Shown: positions 26,801 through 39,431 of the stretch, in pieces
Layout of the letters: each line of letters starts with the position of its first letter
Numbering within the stretch: position 1 is the stretch's first letter
Assembly (NCBI GenBank): GCA_977016875.1
Contig: CDRNST010000018.1
Coordinates: 1,550,001 to 1,614,000, forward strand
Origin: Pavona decussata
Lineage: Eukaryota
Length of the DNA: 64,000 nt
Reading direction: 5' to 3'
The notes under the pieces: model-generated
Databases searched by the model: none
Told to the model about the DNA's origin: nothing
The model's input: only the letters and a program-made list of their open reading frames with translations
Position numbers and translations under genes: made by a program

Positions 26801-29215
26801 AACTCTAGAATTATATGCACCTTCAAGATAAGATGAGATGAGATAATTCAGGATATCTCTAATTACAAAGAATCCCAAGAATATTTACAAGTGATAAAAA
26901 CATAAAAGCATTTAATTTATTAGAAAAGCTAAAACATGCCAAAAATAACAAATGCTAATATGCCAAGACAATAATACAATTTATATTACAAATAATGCAA
27001 GTTTTTCCTCTGACAGTATTGTACATGTTACCTGTAACTTGATGATTTTTGTAACACTGTTGGTTTTGAAAATAAAAAATAAATACAGTTGCAAAAAATA
27101 ATAAGAATAATATATAAAAATAAATAAATAAAAAACTTGATGATGAAATGCTATTTCGTATGTCTTTTAGTTCAACTCGGAACTTAGAAGAATTCTCATC
27201 TCATTGATTGATTCTTCTATCCTACTGCAATCTGTGAGTGAAGGCAAAGAAACGGACAGTGCAGGTAACGTTTCTTGACTTTATTGTAACTTATGGTGGC
27301 CACTTAGGACTTTCAGATACTCTTTCCAGAGCTGCAACAATAAATTATTTTATTGTCATAGCTGGTCATTAGACAATTTGCTAATGGAAATTTAAAAAAA
27401 TTAAATTAATTAAATTAAAATATTAATGTTTTCATGCAAATGACTGTTATTTTTGCAGGCCCCAATAATTTATTGTTCAAAGAGTGGATAACTTTATCCA
27501 GCGCATAAGTCACTATTTAGTGGATAAAATATATTAACTACTTGGAGTTAATTTTATCCATTGGATAAAGTTATCTACTCTTTGAACAGCTGGGGCCAGA
27601 TGAATCAATTTAAATAATTAAAAGTGTACTTTGATGTTTGTTTTGTTTGATTCATAATTTGAGCCCCCCATGAAGACACAGGGTCTAATAACTAGCAAAA
27701 AAAAAAATAAACTCACATCTTTTGTCTTTTAATAAATACAAAAAAGAAAAATCCCCAGTCAATTTTCATGCTTGCCAGAAATAGCCTTACTGGGGAGAGG
27801 AGGGGGGTATGTATTTGCAGCTGTGCATTCAGTTTCCAGTTATTTTGCTGGAAAACCAAGTATGAGTACTGAATAAATATTCCAACTGCTGATAATGTGA
27901 TGTTTTAACTCAAGGCTCTATTTAGCTTTACAATGTTACCAGTCAGTAGTTGACCTAACGGCTTGTATTTATTAAGTTTTGTGAGTTGAGTTTGATTGTT
28001 AATGTTGACTAATAAGCTAAAATTAAATTATACCATCCTACTTCCTTTTTAGGTCATGGAGAAGATTTGCAGCCAAATGTGGACCCTGTGAGTATTAAGG
28101 CTAAAGTTATATAATTTTTAAAGAAATCCATTATCCTGATAACACAGAAAGATCATGACCAAGCAAGTAACTTTATTTTTACAGCCAAGGCTAAGAGGCT
28201 TATCTGTGACCCACTAAAAGTAAGATTGTGCAGTTCCAGAAAAAAATCTTTACCCACCCCATGGAAGGTCATTGGAAATTCCTAGGGGGAGGGGGTCTTG
28301 AAACTCAAACTTTTAGAATCAAAGTATGAAGCTAAACTGGAAATCCCATGGGGGAGGGGGTGCAAAACAAAAAACCTTCCGTGGGCAGAGTATAGACATT
28401 TTCTGGAAGTGGACATTGTAATAAAGGTTAATTAATGCATACAATGTATTGTAATGTGCTCCAGCCATAGAAACAGAACTAAACAGTCATGTAACAGTAT
28501 TTTATCATTGCAGCAGACTGCAAGCAGTCATACTTTTTCCTCAGATCACACGCGCAAAGTGACGTTAAAATTTTGCAAATTAGAAACGTGAATGAGAAGG
28601 AAGAAAGGGACTACACAGTTTATTACATCAGGGGCAAAATTAATAATGTTAGGATCAATAGTGTAAATTATCTTGTAATGCTGTAATGATTGAGGCAAAG
28701 TTATTATTTCAACAGTCTAATCATTGAGGTCAACCTTTAAGACTTTTTGTGTGTCTGTGTTTTCATCTAGTGAGTAGTTTAGTTAAACAATTTTGAAACA
28801 AATGGACAAAGTTTTCAATATTATGCTTATCTAATATATTTACCTTGAATTATAATTTCTAAACCATGCTTCTTGTATTGTAAGCTAAATGTAAAGTTAT
28901 GCTGCACTGCATTATGACTTTTTTCAAGTTGAGATGAATCTTCTTTTTTTTTTCCTTCTTCTTTTCTTTTTCTGTCTCACAGTTATTTCCAATTGTCTTT
29001 CAGGCTCTTCTTAAGCAGCTGACAGACATGGGTTTCAAGGAAACAAGAGCTAAAAAGGCTTTGGTTTTAAACAGGTAATGCAACTTATTCATTCATATTA
29101 TTCTGCAGAATTCAGTTGCATATGGATTTGCAGCCAACAAGTGGCTCAGGGCTGAGTTGACTACAAATAATATTATTCATGTACATCAAGTTTATACAAA
29201 ATGACCTAGTTGTTA

Positions 29216-29249
<34 letters not shown>

Positions 29250-32200
29250 CATTATTATTATTATTATTGTTATACATCTATGGATCTTTTTACGCAAGAC
29301 TATCATAAGTGCATTTTTTGCCTTGAAATCAAAGTTGTTCCAGATAAGCTGTATTTTGTCACAGAGAGTGGTTTTCTGAGTGTATAATTTTACTTTTTGG
29401 AATAGGGCTTAAGAACAGGAAAGAACATGTACATGTAGCTTATTGCCTTTCTTTAAAATGCAAGTGGCCTTTGCAAAACAGTAACCATGCAATACTTGAC
29501 TTAGTTTGTTTACTTATTACCATGAGTTGCTTTGCTTGTGCATGTGTTGAATCAGTTTTGTATTAACTATCAGTAAACAACTAGATGTAAATACTTTATT
29601 GAACACTCCCAATGGGCTTTTCAGGTCAATTTACATGATAAAAAAATAGTTAAGCATCAGTTCCTTGGTTCCACTTGTGTTTTAAAGAAAAGTCATAAGC
29701 GTATTTCTTGTTTGTAAAATAGCATTTTGCTCAAAACCTAAATCAGCAACTAAGAGCACTCCATTTGCCAGGACTGCATGGCTGGTACATTCCATTTATA
29801 AATCAACCAGTCCGGTGGCCAATTCTGATAAATCGAAAGAACCCTTAGTTTCTCACATGATAGCCAGTTATGGTTATCTTTTGAAGCTTACTTGCAATAT
29901 CATTTAGAGGATTGTCTCCTCAGAAATGATAATTCATTGGTCATTTTTCTTTTGACGACAGGATGTCTCCAATGCTGGCTATGGAATGGCTTTTACAACA
30001 TGAGAGTGATCCTGATATTGATGAACCTCTGGTGTTTGGAGCAAGGGCTGGTAGGACTCGAAGGAAAAGGAAAGAATTTGTTCCAAATCCCAGGGTAAAT
30101 GTTCCTTAACACCTAAATGACTAACTTTTACTTGTTTACTTCATTCCAAGTTTTTTCTCCTCATGATGTCGTTCTAGTGGCACTTTTGAAACTAGTTCGT
30201 GAACATGTATACATGGAAATAATTAAACACTTCTTGAGTAAATTATACTCTTTTAATGTGGGGACCCTTTCAGTTTTAGCCCTAGCAAAGACTTGACAAG
30301 GTACTTTTATTTCAGCATTATTGTACATGATATATTAATTTTATTGATCCCAATAAAGTCTCTTATATAATAAATTTGCTACTGTTGTTGTTTACCAGGC
30401 TGTAAATAACTTAAAAGAAATGGGTTTTCAAGAGGAAGAAATCCTTATGGCACTTAAAGCAACTGGGAACAACCAAGAAGCAGCTGTAAGTGTTTAAGCT
30501 CTCCAGAAGTACATGTACAGTGGTACACGGTAATATTTTTATGTGTTGATAGTAATGCTGTGCAACTTTCCTTTTGTTAAAAAGAAGTACATCACAAGAA
30601 AGTTTAATCCATTTAAGTTCCAGTACAAGATAAATGACAAGCCACTAGAGGTCACCAATCACGAGAAAGACCTCGGAGTCTACGTTAGTTCCGACTTAAC
30701 ATGGTAAAAGCACACGCTCGAACAGTGCGCTAAGGCAAACAAGTTACTGGGGTTCATACGTAGATGTGCAATGGACGTTCTAAGCTCAAGCACCAGCAGA
30801 ACTCTCTACTTAGCCATCGTACGTCCTGCTCTTGGCTACGTCATGCAAGTGTGGTCTCCGGAAACAAAAGACCTCATAAGATGCATCGAACGTGTCCAGC
30901 GACGTGCCTCAAAGTTTATTTTAGATCTACCCCTCCTACATGTATGTGAGGAAAGCTATAGAGACAGGCTCTTGTCAATTGATATCCTACCTATCTGCTA
31001 TTGGCACGAGTTTTTGGACTTGGTCTTTTTCTTTAAGGCCACCAATGATATTGTTTGTGTATCACATGACGTGCTCCCTGAAGGCATTGTTCCCACACGG
31101 GTTACTAGAGCAAGCGCTAGCAATGCAAAATCTTTCAGACCAAAGAAATGCCGCACTTCTACTTATCAGCACTCTTTTTTTGTAAGAACTTCTAGAACCT
31201 GGAATGCTCTTCCCCTGCAGTTAAGATATGAACATGTAACTCTGAACCAATTTAAATCTCTGCTCTCCTCATACTACAAAAATGCACTTATTTCGCGCTT
31301 CGATATTGAGGAGCCTAGAACCTGGAAATCTGTCTGTTTAAAGTGTAATATGCCACGCAACCTTTTAGAGCCTATTTCGTGTTGTTATTTAAGTTTACTA
31401 TATTTTACTATCTTATTCGAGTGTTCAGAACTTTGTAAATCTTGGGCCCACAGTAACTGGCGCTAGCTGTTGTGGCCACCCTGCCTTAACCCAGTACTTG
31501 TTTATCTTCTGTTTCACGATGTAATGTTCTGATTATAGTTTTAATTTTGAAGGCGAAGTCTAATAAAATAAAATAAAAGTTAATTATAGATCAAGGCAGA
31601 TTTTGCAGTGTGGCTAGGTCGAGAGGGGAGACAGTGGTGTGGCCTCAGGGGGTGTGAACAGATCTGTGCTTCTTGTACAATTTGCATTAGATTCAGCACA
31701 CGTAAAGTTCACCGTTTGAACCAATATGCATGGTGATATGCTTCTGGCATGACTTACATGTATTGATTTTCAGTTTTATATAACAATAGTGAATTGATTA
31801 TTTTTTTTCTTCAGTGTGACTGGTTGTTGGGTGACAGGCAAGGCAGTGTAGAAGATATAAATCAGGGTCTCGATCAGTCAAGGTAAATAAACAAAAACAA
31901 TGTTTTTTTACAGTGAGATCAGATGTGTTTCTTCATTATTCCATGGTTGAATCTTATTCCTTTTGGCTTAAGAGGGGTTAGAGCTGTGTAAATACATGTA
32001 GTGTGCATGCGTCACTTCATCTCTCATGAATTGGTTATCATGCACCATGTTTTTTGTTTGTTTTTCCATTGTATTTCTGCAGTCCATTGTACCAGGCAAT
32101 TATGGAGAATCCTTTAGTTCAACTCAGCCTTAACAATGCCAGAGTATTAGGAGGTCAGTGCATATGTTGTCAAGCCTATTTCTGGGAGGGCATCAAACTG

Positions 32201-32404
32201 GAACATGATTGTACACTGTTAGAGTGGTCATTTTGAAATCAAAAGATTTTCAACAAATAATCTTTTATTTTTACAATCTTTTATTTTGTAGCATTTGAGG
32301 ACATGCTTGAAAATCCCTCCTCAAGTTCATTCTACATTAACGACCCAGAAACTGGACCAGTGTTGCTTCAAGTATCACGGATAGTGCAAGGATTTGCTAG
32401 ATGA
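23841..32404 (+). CDS. UBAC1: Ubiquitin-associated domain-containing protein 1 (KPC2): UBL-UBA-UBA-STI1, 11 exons, 366 aa
   Basis: Exons 23841-24093, 24176-24231, 25193-25312, 27171-27264, 28053-28087, 29004-29074, 29962-30094, 30399-30485, 31815-31882, 32083-32153, 32292-32404; all GT-AG, in phase, 1101 nt. Signatures: [106 protein letters not shown]. Confidence 0.95.
25560..26330. mobile_element. Kolobok-like non-autonomous DNA transposon in UBAC1 intron 3
   Basis: TTAA-GGTGGCCGAACACA ... TGTATTCGGCCACC-TTAA. Confidence 0.75.
28228..28417. mobile_element. Short MITE-like element in UBAC1 intron 5
   Basis: tgtgcagttccagaaaa ... ttttctggaagtggaca imperfect terminal inverted repeats around a G-run-rich core. 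Confidence 0.5.
29212..29272. repeat. (ATT)n microsatellite
   Basis: Direct reading; generates the poly-I ORFs. Confidence 0.95.
30586..31580 (+). mobile_element. 5'-truncated CR1/L2-group LINE in UBAC1 intron 8
   Basis: Frame reads [69 protein letters not shown] (includes ORF 30771-31466); ends in a (TAAAA)n tail. Confidence 0.88.
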
Positions 32405-32551
32405 TAATGAATCTCGTAACTGTAAACTGTAAATAGTTCATTTATAAGCAATTAGGCTTAGCCGTTTTGCACTCTTGGTAGTAGCAGATACATTTCTTGT
32501 CAAGTCAAAAGAACCACAACTGAAAGGGTTGTTTTCAAGGAATGCTGTTGG

Positions 32552-32629
32552 CAATCTTGTACCCAGGGTCCTCAGGCTCTTTTGAGTAACTGCTGGCCAA
32601 AGAGCCTGAAGACTCTGGGTACGAGATTG
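32552..32629. mobile_element. 78-bp hairpin MITE in the probable UBAC1 3' UTR
   Basis: caatcttgtacccagggtc ... gactctgggtacgagattg, flanked by a 9-bp near-duplication tgctgttgg / tgctgtggg. Confidence 0.7.
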
Positions 32630-34249
32630 TGCTGTGGGTAATACTTTAGCTGAGCCTGCTGTCGTTGACTGCTGGCCTTCAAAGTTGCTAGGCAACAGAG
32701 CTTGCCTTTAAAGTGGCATACATGATAGACTGATTTGGTTATTAGGATCTCAAATTTTTTAGGGTTTTTGTATAATAAGTATGCAAGAAGAAGAAGCATA
32801 GAGAGAAGGTGGTCCCTCTGTGATCTCTTCTTTACCCCTCTGCATTCAATTGTTTGTGCTTGATTATATCTCTGATTTTTGGAGAACGAGTGACTCAAAT
32901 ACTCTCTGTTTTCACTCCCCACTACCCCCCCCCCCCACCCCGTTTGCCGTTTTCTTAAAACACAAGACTGACGAAGTATCAAATGTGAAAGTAGCTCAGT
33001 GAATTAAGAAAACAAGGCGGGGCTTTTTAAAAAAAAATTAAAGGAGGCAGTGGAAAGGATTGTTTAAATGTCTTTTTAACGTTTTTGTATGAAAACCATT
33101 GTGAAAGTACTAAACAACATGTAGGAAGAAACAAAAGATGGATCTTGAAACTTGCAAAAATGGGAAAGTTCTCCGCACACTTGTAACATACCGCATGGTC
33201 CTTCATTTGTTTTCTTTTTTTGTTTTTGTTTTTTGTTTTTCAGTTGTGCAAAATGAGAGAAATTTATTTTTTGTATTTATAGGTAAGAATATATTTACAA
33301 TATCTAGTATATTGTTCCTAGAACTTCTTACTGCAATATTTCGGATTGCTATTGTTGTTTTGTTTACAAATGAAATGTTTGTACGTTGTTTGCTGATTTG
33401 CTCCATGATGCACAGTCAAAATGAGAGGTATAGTAAGAGACTGGACTATTAAAGCTATCATTCTACAAAAATTTTATTCAGGTTTATTTTACCAGGATTT
33501 AGTGCCGTTTAGAGCCTATCATTAACACAAGAGTCAACTCCCGCTTTGGGGATACCTGCTGTTGTTGTTGTTGTTTCCTCCTTTTACTACTGCACATACG
33601 GTCTGTGCATCTGGGGATGTCCTGTGAGATTAGCTGTCTTGTACGGCTTATTACTGTACGGGAAATGAAGATCTTTGCAAGGGTTATTGGAATCCACAGA
33701 TAATTAAGGTTCAATTTCGGGGAAAAAATTGCTTAAAAGGGAAGTGTTATGAGGATAATTTGGATTTGCTGTCATTTTAAAAACCTAAAAACCTTTCTCT
33801 ACATGTATTAGTAGAAAGCTTAAAACCACCCCGGTGTACTAAAACTGTCGACGATTGTCTCTGGCTCCGTGGCTGAGCGAGAAGTATCTTGTTATCTTCC
33901 GAGATTTTTTTTTTTTTTTTTGCATCAAGTGGACTAGGACCTATGTGATTTATTTGACGGTTACAAAGGCTGCGATATTTCCTAAGCTGAGTGAGATCCG
34001 CTTATACTGAAAAATGTCCAGTAACTTTTAAAAGTGCGCCAGACCAGATCATTAGTCAGTGTTCCTTTCAATCAGGATTCATTTGATTTCCTTCTCTCGA
34101 TTTTCTAGAATGTGCAGGTATTGTTGCTACCTTTTCACCGAAAAAGATCAAAACTCGTCACGTTTCCCCTTCAATTTGTCACGCAATCGCTTTAGAGTGA
34201 CGTGCTGGTGCGCTCAGATACCCCGTATGAAGTTTCGCGGGCTCGCGCA

Positions 34250-35980
34250 TTTTCTGAGAATTCGATAGCTCGCGGCGCGTACTCCATTCTCGGAATCACA
34301 ACACTCGTACACGCTTGGTTTTCAACGTTGGAGGCTCGTTGTCGAAACTGTCAGGTAAGTATCGGTTGTTTTGATGTTTCTTTAGGCATGGGAATGGTTA
34401 CTTTTCAGTCTAATCGATCAAACAATTGAGTAGTGCGATTGCTGTCCGCAATAAATGCACCAGTATGGCGATACATTGTATCAGAGGATTTAAAGCTCTG
34501 CCTTTCATATTCAAATCAATTTCAATGCCAACAGTTCGAAGCAGATAAGAAAACAGCGTCGCAATATTAGGGAATCTAAACCCGGCAAACTTGAAATGGC
34601 CGATGAGCACGTTGTGTAGAAGCCAGATCGGATTTCTTATCCACGTGCGAACGAAGGAACGAAGATGCGAGGAGAAGTGACTTTTCGTGGCTCGTACCAG
34701 TTTGGCTCTGGATATTGTGGAAAAGTTTCCCAGGGGAGCTACTGTCTGGCCATTCATTTTAAAGGAAACTTGATTTCCTGACAGTGTAGTTGTTGATGAT
34801 GTGTATCAACTGTAGCGCCTACCGGGGAAAAATTAATGCATGTTCATTTAAGTTCATGTTCTCACGCCCTCGTTTTGCTCATTTTGTACGCTTAGATACA
34901 ATCGTTAGCGTTAAGGATCGTTTTGTTCATGATAACGTTTATGGTAAAAAACCAAGCGAAAATTACAAGGTGCAAAGTGTTTTCTTGATACTATTTTATC
35001 TGGGTTTCATTTTGTAGCTTTTTGTGGGGTTTTTCCCTCTCACTTTCTGCAGTAGAAATATCACCCAGTGTTACCGCAAAGTTCATATTTTCCTGTTCAT
35101 ATATTCGGTCGGCTAAATGCAATTGGACTGAACTGACGAGGAACATTTTTAGCGAGTGCCGACGTGTTTGTAAGAGCTTTGGTTTAGTTTTCTACAGTAA
35201 GAAAATCCGTCGCATTACTTTGGAAGAAGAGGATTATAAACCATTTTAGCTAAGTTAGAAACCGAAGAGATGTTTTGCGGTCGAGCTAACAATTCAGAGG
35301 ATCGTTTCTTAAAGATGTTTTTTTGTATGGGAAAAAAAATGAAACGAGAATTACAAGATATGACTTGCTTCTGTTATATTGTTCTCTGTGATTTTTATTT
35401 TGTGAGATGAAATGTCGTGCAAAATTTAATTCCGCTTTCACTTTCTTTGAAACAGAAACTTCAGCAACCCGGAAGAATTCATTAATGTTGATTGATTTCT
35501 AACAATGCTCTTATTTCTCCGCCTTGGAGTAAGATACCCTCCACCGATCATGACATGAACCACCGTTGAGTTTAATATTCCCCACCGTTTTTCAAACCTA
35601 GAATCGATCAACTCGTGCAGTAATGTACGCTGTCAGTTTTGATACATTTGTTTGTAATTTTTTTCTCGGGATCTGAACGAAATTCTTTATTCCGTCCGTA
35701 GAAGGCACGTGCACAGATACCACTTGCAGCAACCTAGATATGTATATTGTCATCCAACACGGATAAGGAAACCTAGTATTGTGATTTAGCTTTTTGTTAC
35801 AGTTACTCCGATTTACAGCTGAATTAGTCCAGAAGGGAATTTGTTAGTATACAAGAAAGCCAGTGGTACCAAAAGCTGTTAAACCAGAAACGGTACGGTA
35901 ATGACTTTCAAGTTTCGATATGACGGAAGCAGACTGATCAACATGTCTGTTTTCAACTTTTTGATTTTGTCTTCAGTAAA
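34250..35980 (+). other. Putative non-coding 5' exon and intron (34355-35976) of BTB gene A; homologous intron 53465-55573 for gene C
   Basis: Donor CAG|GTAAGT at 34354/34355 (CAG|GTAAGG in the paralog) and acceptor ttttgtcttcag|taaaATG four bases before the start codon in both copies. Confidence 0.6.
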
Positions 35981-38536
35981 ATGGCTTTGCAGCACACACC
36001 ACTTGACTTATCCGTGAGTGGAAGAAAGGATCTGGGTGAAGGAAAAGTGACTTACTCATTTAACAAAGACCAGCATGCCAGATTGTTGTTGAGTAACCTT
36101 GCCAAGATGCAGGCAACCGAAGGAGGAATGCTCACTGATGTGGTTGTAAGCACCAAATCGAACGGCCAAGAACCGTTCCATTCCATACTACTCGCAGCTT
36201 GCAGCCCGGTTTTCAAACAGAGTCTTACAGGGAAGCACTTTGATTGCACCTCGGGAGTCATTTCACTGGGCGACATGACTCCAGATCAGCTTAAGGCCTT
36301 CCGCGATTTCTTCTACAAGTCTGAGATTCCTTTAGATGAAGGAATAGTACATGGCCTCCAACGGGTCGCCAGCAGGTACCGCATCGATTCCCTCGCGCAG
36401 TTGTGTGGGCAACGCAGAGATCAGCGGATGTCCGTTTTGTCGAAGCATCACGAAGATGTGTTGTCCCAACTACACGACATGTTCCAAAAATCCGAATTGG
36501 CCACTACGTTTTTGGAAGATAAGGAGTGCGGCGTTCAGTTTACAGTACACGGGCCAATAATCGCAGCAGCTTCTCCGGTGTTGAAAGACATCTTGTCCAA
36601 CGAGTTGTTCGCTCAAGCGGGGACCAAATATCGCCTGAAAGAAATCACATCCAACACGCTGGGGGATCTCATAGAGTACATATATACGGGGGAAGTCACA
36701 ATGGAAGGAGAAAACGTAGTCGATTTGCTAAATGCAGCATGCTGTTACGAAATCCCGTCGCTTGCCGAAGCCTGCTGTGATTGGCTTACGTTGGGGATGA
36801 ATTCGTATAATGCAGTCGGCATTTGGTGGGTCACGCGGGAGACGGATTGTAAATACACCAGCGATCTTCAAAAGGAAGCCAAGAACTTTATTGTGGCCAA
36901 TTTCATCAGCGTCTGCCAAGAAGACGAATTCCTTGAGCTCTTGTGTGAAGACCTGAAAGAAATCATACAGGACGACAATCTTTGCGTAGATGGTGAGGAA
37001 GATGTGTTCTCTGCCGTTGCTACTTGGGTGGAAGCGGACGAAGAAGGCCGCTCATCCTACCTTTGTGATCTCCTGAAATGCGTTCGGCTAGAGAATACAA
37101 GTCTGGAATTTTTGCGTGAAGTGGAAGAAGATCGTCTTGTGAAAAATTCCGTGGGATGCTTGCAAGCTGTTCACGATGCTCGTGCAAAGTTAGCATCTCA
37201 AGAACCCATTGAACGGAGTGCTTTTGATGGAGTTGAGGCAACCGACGTCCAACGTGACAGCATCCCAAGAGTTGAACCATGGCGAGGCGATGAAGAAGAT
37301 GTCAAGAAAATGCTCCTGCAACAGTTCTTGGATTCTCAAGCAGAAATGCCCACCCTGAGGTCAACACATGATAGCGACGATGGTTTGGAGGAATTGACCA
37401 AGCAGACTCCACCTCGGGGCATCAGGAAGAACGGAAACCCTGATATGAGGTTGAGAGACAACAGGCGATCGTCGGGCCTCAATAAGAAGGATGGTTCCCC
37501 AGATATGCGTTTTAGAGTCAACAAAGGAAACAGTCAGAAAGGAGTCGTTGCTACGCGAAAAGAAGGTCCATTGAAAAGAGACGGCACCCCAGATATGCGT
37601 TTTAGAGTCAACAAAGATGCCTTTGGACGCTCATCTCAAGAAAACTCAGCTAAAGCTAAGAGTCCGAACGGAGTCGTTGCTACGCAAGGAGAAGGTCCAT
37701 TGAAAAAAGACGGCACCCCAGATATGCGTTTTAAAGTGAATAAAGGAGCCTTTACGGGGTCATCTTCCCAGAAGAGTGCATCCCAGGTAGAAAGTGTTCC
37801 TCTCAAAAGAGATGGCACGCCAGACATGCGCTTCAGAGTCAACAAAACAGCAGTTGTGAAGTCTCCTTCTCCTGTCGGTACTTCAGGACCTGTGAAACAA
37901 GATGGTACGCCGGACATGCGTTTTGCTGTTAACAAACCATCCCGCAGATCAGCTTCTCCACAAACAAGCAGCTCAATGGCTCAGTCATCCGCTTATGCAG
38001 GCCCTCTGAAGAGGGATGGAACGCCAGACATGAGGTATGCTGCAAACAAGTCACCCCATGCCAGCCCAATGTCCTCAGGGTATTCATCTAGTGGCTCCCC
38101 ATCATCTCTTAGTGGAAGTGTTTCTCGTCCAGGTTCTTATGGCCCACTGAAGAACGATGGTACACCAGACATGAGATATTCTGCAAACAAGTCGGCCAAT
38201 GGCAGCTCTTCCTCATCTGGCAGTTCAAATTACAGCTCCGGATCGTCGTCTTCTCGAAGTAGCTACAGCACTTCAACCTACAGCTCCAGTTCGTCTTCCA
38301 GTGGAAGTAGCTATGGCGGATCAACTTCCTGTGGCCCAGTTAAGCGTGATGGCACTCCTGACATGAGGTATGCTGCAAACAAGTCGGTCTATGGTGGTCC
38401 TTCCTCGTATGGCAGTTCAAGCTACAGCGCTAGATCGTCTTCTTCTGGAAGAAGCTATGGAGGTTCGAGTTCTTGTGGTCCACTTAAGAGCAACGGCACT
38501 CCCGACATGAGATTTGCATCCAATAGACGCAAGTAA
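35981..38536 (+). CDS. BTB-BTB-BACK protein with 10 DGTPDMR motifs and Ser/Gly/Tyr-rich tail (851 aa), putative Cullin-3 adaptor
   Basis: Uninterrupted ORF. BTB1 (DVVV..FHSILLAACSPVF..FFY), BTB2 (FTVHGPIIAAASPVL..LIEYIYTGEV..NVVDLLNAA..L..AC), BACK (FIVANF..EFLEL..LKEIIQDDNL..EEDVFSAVATWV..LLKCVRL); no Kelch repeats. Confidence 0.92.
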   Translation: MALQHTPLDLSVSGRKDLGEGKVTYSFNKDQHARLLLSNLAKMQATEGGMLTDVVVSTKSNGQEPFHSILLAACSPVFKQSLTGKHFDCTSGVISLGDMTPDQLKAFRDFFYKSEIPLDEGIVHGLQRVASRYRIDSLAQLCGQRRDQRMSVLSKHHEDVLSQLHDMFQKSELATTFLEDKECGVQFTVHGPIIAAASPVLKDILSNELFAQAGTKYRLKEITSNTLGDLIEYIYTGEVTMEGENVVDLLNAACCYEIPSLAEACCDWLTLGMNSYNAVGIWWVTRETDCKYTSDLQKEAKNFIVANFISVCQEDEFLELLCEDLKEIIQDDNLCVDGEEDVFSAVATWVEADEEGRSSYLCDLLKCVRLENTSLEFLREVEEDRLVKNSVGCLQAVHDARAKLASQEPIERSAFDGVEATDVQRDSIPRVEPWRGDEEDVKKMLLQQFLDSQAEMPTLRSTHDSDDGLEELTKQTPPRGIRKNGNPDMRLRDNRRSSGLNKKDGSPDMRFRVNKGNSQKGVVATRKEGPLKRDGTPDMRFRVNKDAFGRSSQENSAKAKSPNGVVATQGEGPLKKDGTPDMRFKVNKGAFTGSSSQKSASQVESVPLKRDGTPDMRFRVNKTAVVKSPSPVGTSGPVKQDGTPDMRFAVNKPSRRSASPQTSSSMAQSSAYAGPLKRDGTPDMRYAANKSPHASPMSSGYSSSGSPSSLSGSVSRPGSYGPLKNDGTPDMRYSANKSANGSSSSSGSSNYSSGSSSSRSSYSTSTYSSSSSSSGSSYGGSTSCGPVKRDGTPDMRYAANKSVYGGPSSYGSSSYSARSSSSGRSYGGSSSCGPLKSNGTPDMRFASNRRK

Positions 38537-39431
38537 ACAAGGAATCGCCGGTGCGTTTCCTGACATGTTGGTCAAGAGAAGACAAACGGGTTTCCATTGT
38601 TCCCATTTTCTGATATACGTAATTTCATGTTTTTCATGTTTTCTTGTTGGCATTGTAACCTGAGAAACATTTGTTTCCCCAGAGGTACAATTGCGCTATT
38701 TCATAATGCACGTTAGTATTTTGTATACTGGGAACAGTAGGTACAATGAATATACTCCTATAAAGTCCAAGAACACAAGTCTTGTCATAACTGTTAGGTT
38801 TTAGTTTTTCAACTTCAACGGCCACTTGATATATGCTGTGGTCTTAAGGTTTTTGTAAGCGATGCAAATGTTGTTTTTTATACTGTATCTCAGAATAGGT
38901 ATTAATCGGTGATTTTGCGGACAACTTAAAATAGTTACAAAATTGAAAAATGTTGTTCTTCCCTAGCTACATATTGTATTACGTTATCGTTCAAGCGCAT
39001 GCTTCGGTCCACTTCGTGTTAAGTAACGACCTAGTGGCATGTGAAAAAAAAGTTAAAAAGGTTGTATAAGATTTGGTAGCAAGTAATAGAACCATCGTTG
39101 TTGTTTGAAGCTTGTCTGTTCATTGTGTAGCCGCAGTAACAAGTTGAGTCATTAACAAGGTATCCAGGTATCACACGATGCCATGGTCGGAGGCTTATCT
39201 CCTTTGCATTCTTTCTCATCCACTGTTTTTTTCAGGTCGGTTTCTGTTGTCTTTACGCAGACCACTTCAATTTTTTGCACAACTTTCCCACACGTAGACG
39301 AATACTGCAAGTTAAAAAAGAAGAAGGGAAGATTTCAGTAAAGCGTTGAGCTTTTGTAGCAGTAGTTCCCTTTCCAAGCGAGTGTCAGATGCAAACAGAA
39401 AACTTCCGGGAAGAGGGAGAAAAAAATACAT

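Noticed and set aside
18414-29379. Poly-Tyr and poly-Ile ORFs (18414, 18940, 29112, 29179)
   Set aside because: Translations of (TAA)n/(ATT)n microsatellites in introns.
30771-31466. 231-aa ORF as a nested host gene
   Set aside because: It is the C-terminal part of a LINE ORF2, with an upstream in-frame stop and a simple-repeat tail.
23841-38536. Functional ubiquitin-pathway cluster (UBAC1 next to BTB adaptors)
   Set aside because: Adjacency alone is not evidence in an animal genome; UBAC1 works with RNF123/KPC1, not CUL3.
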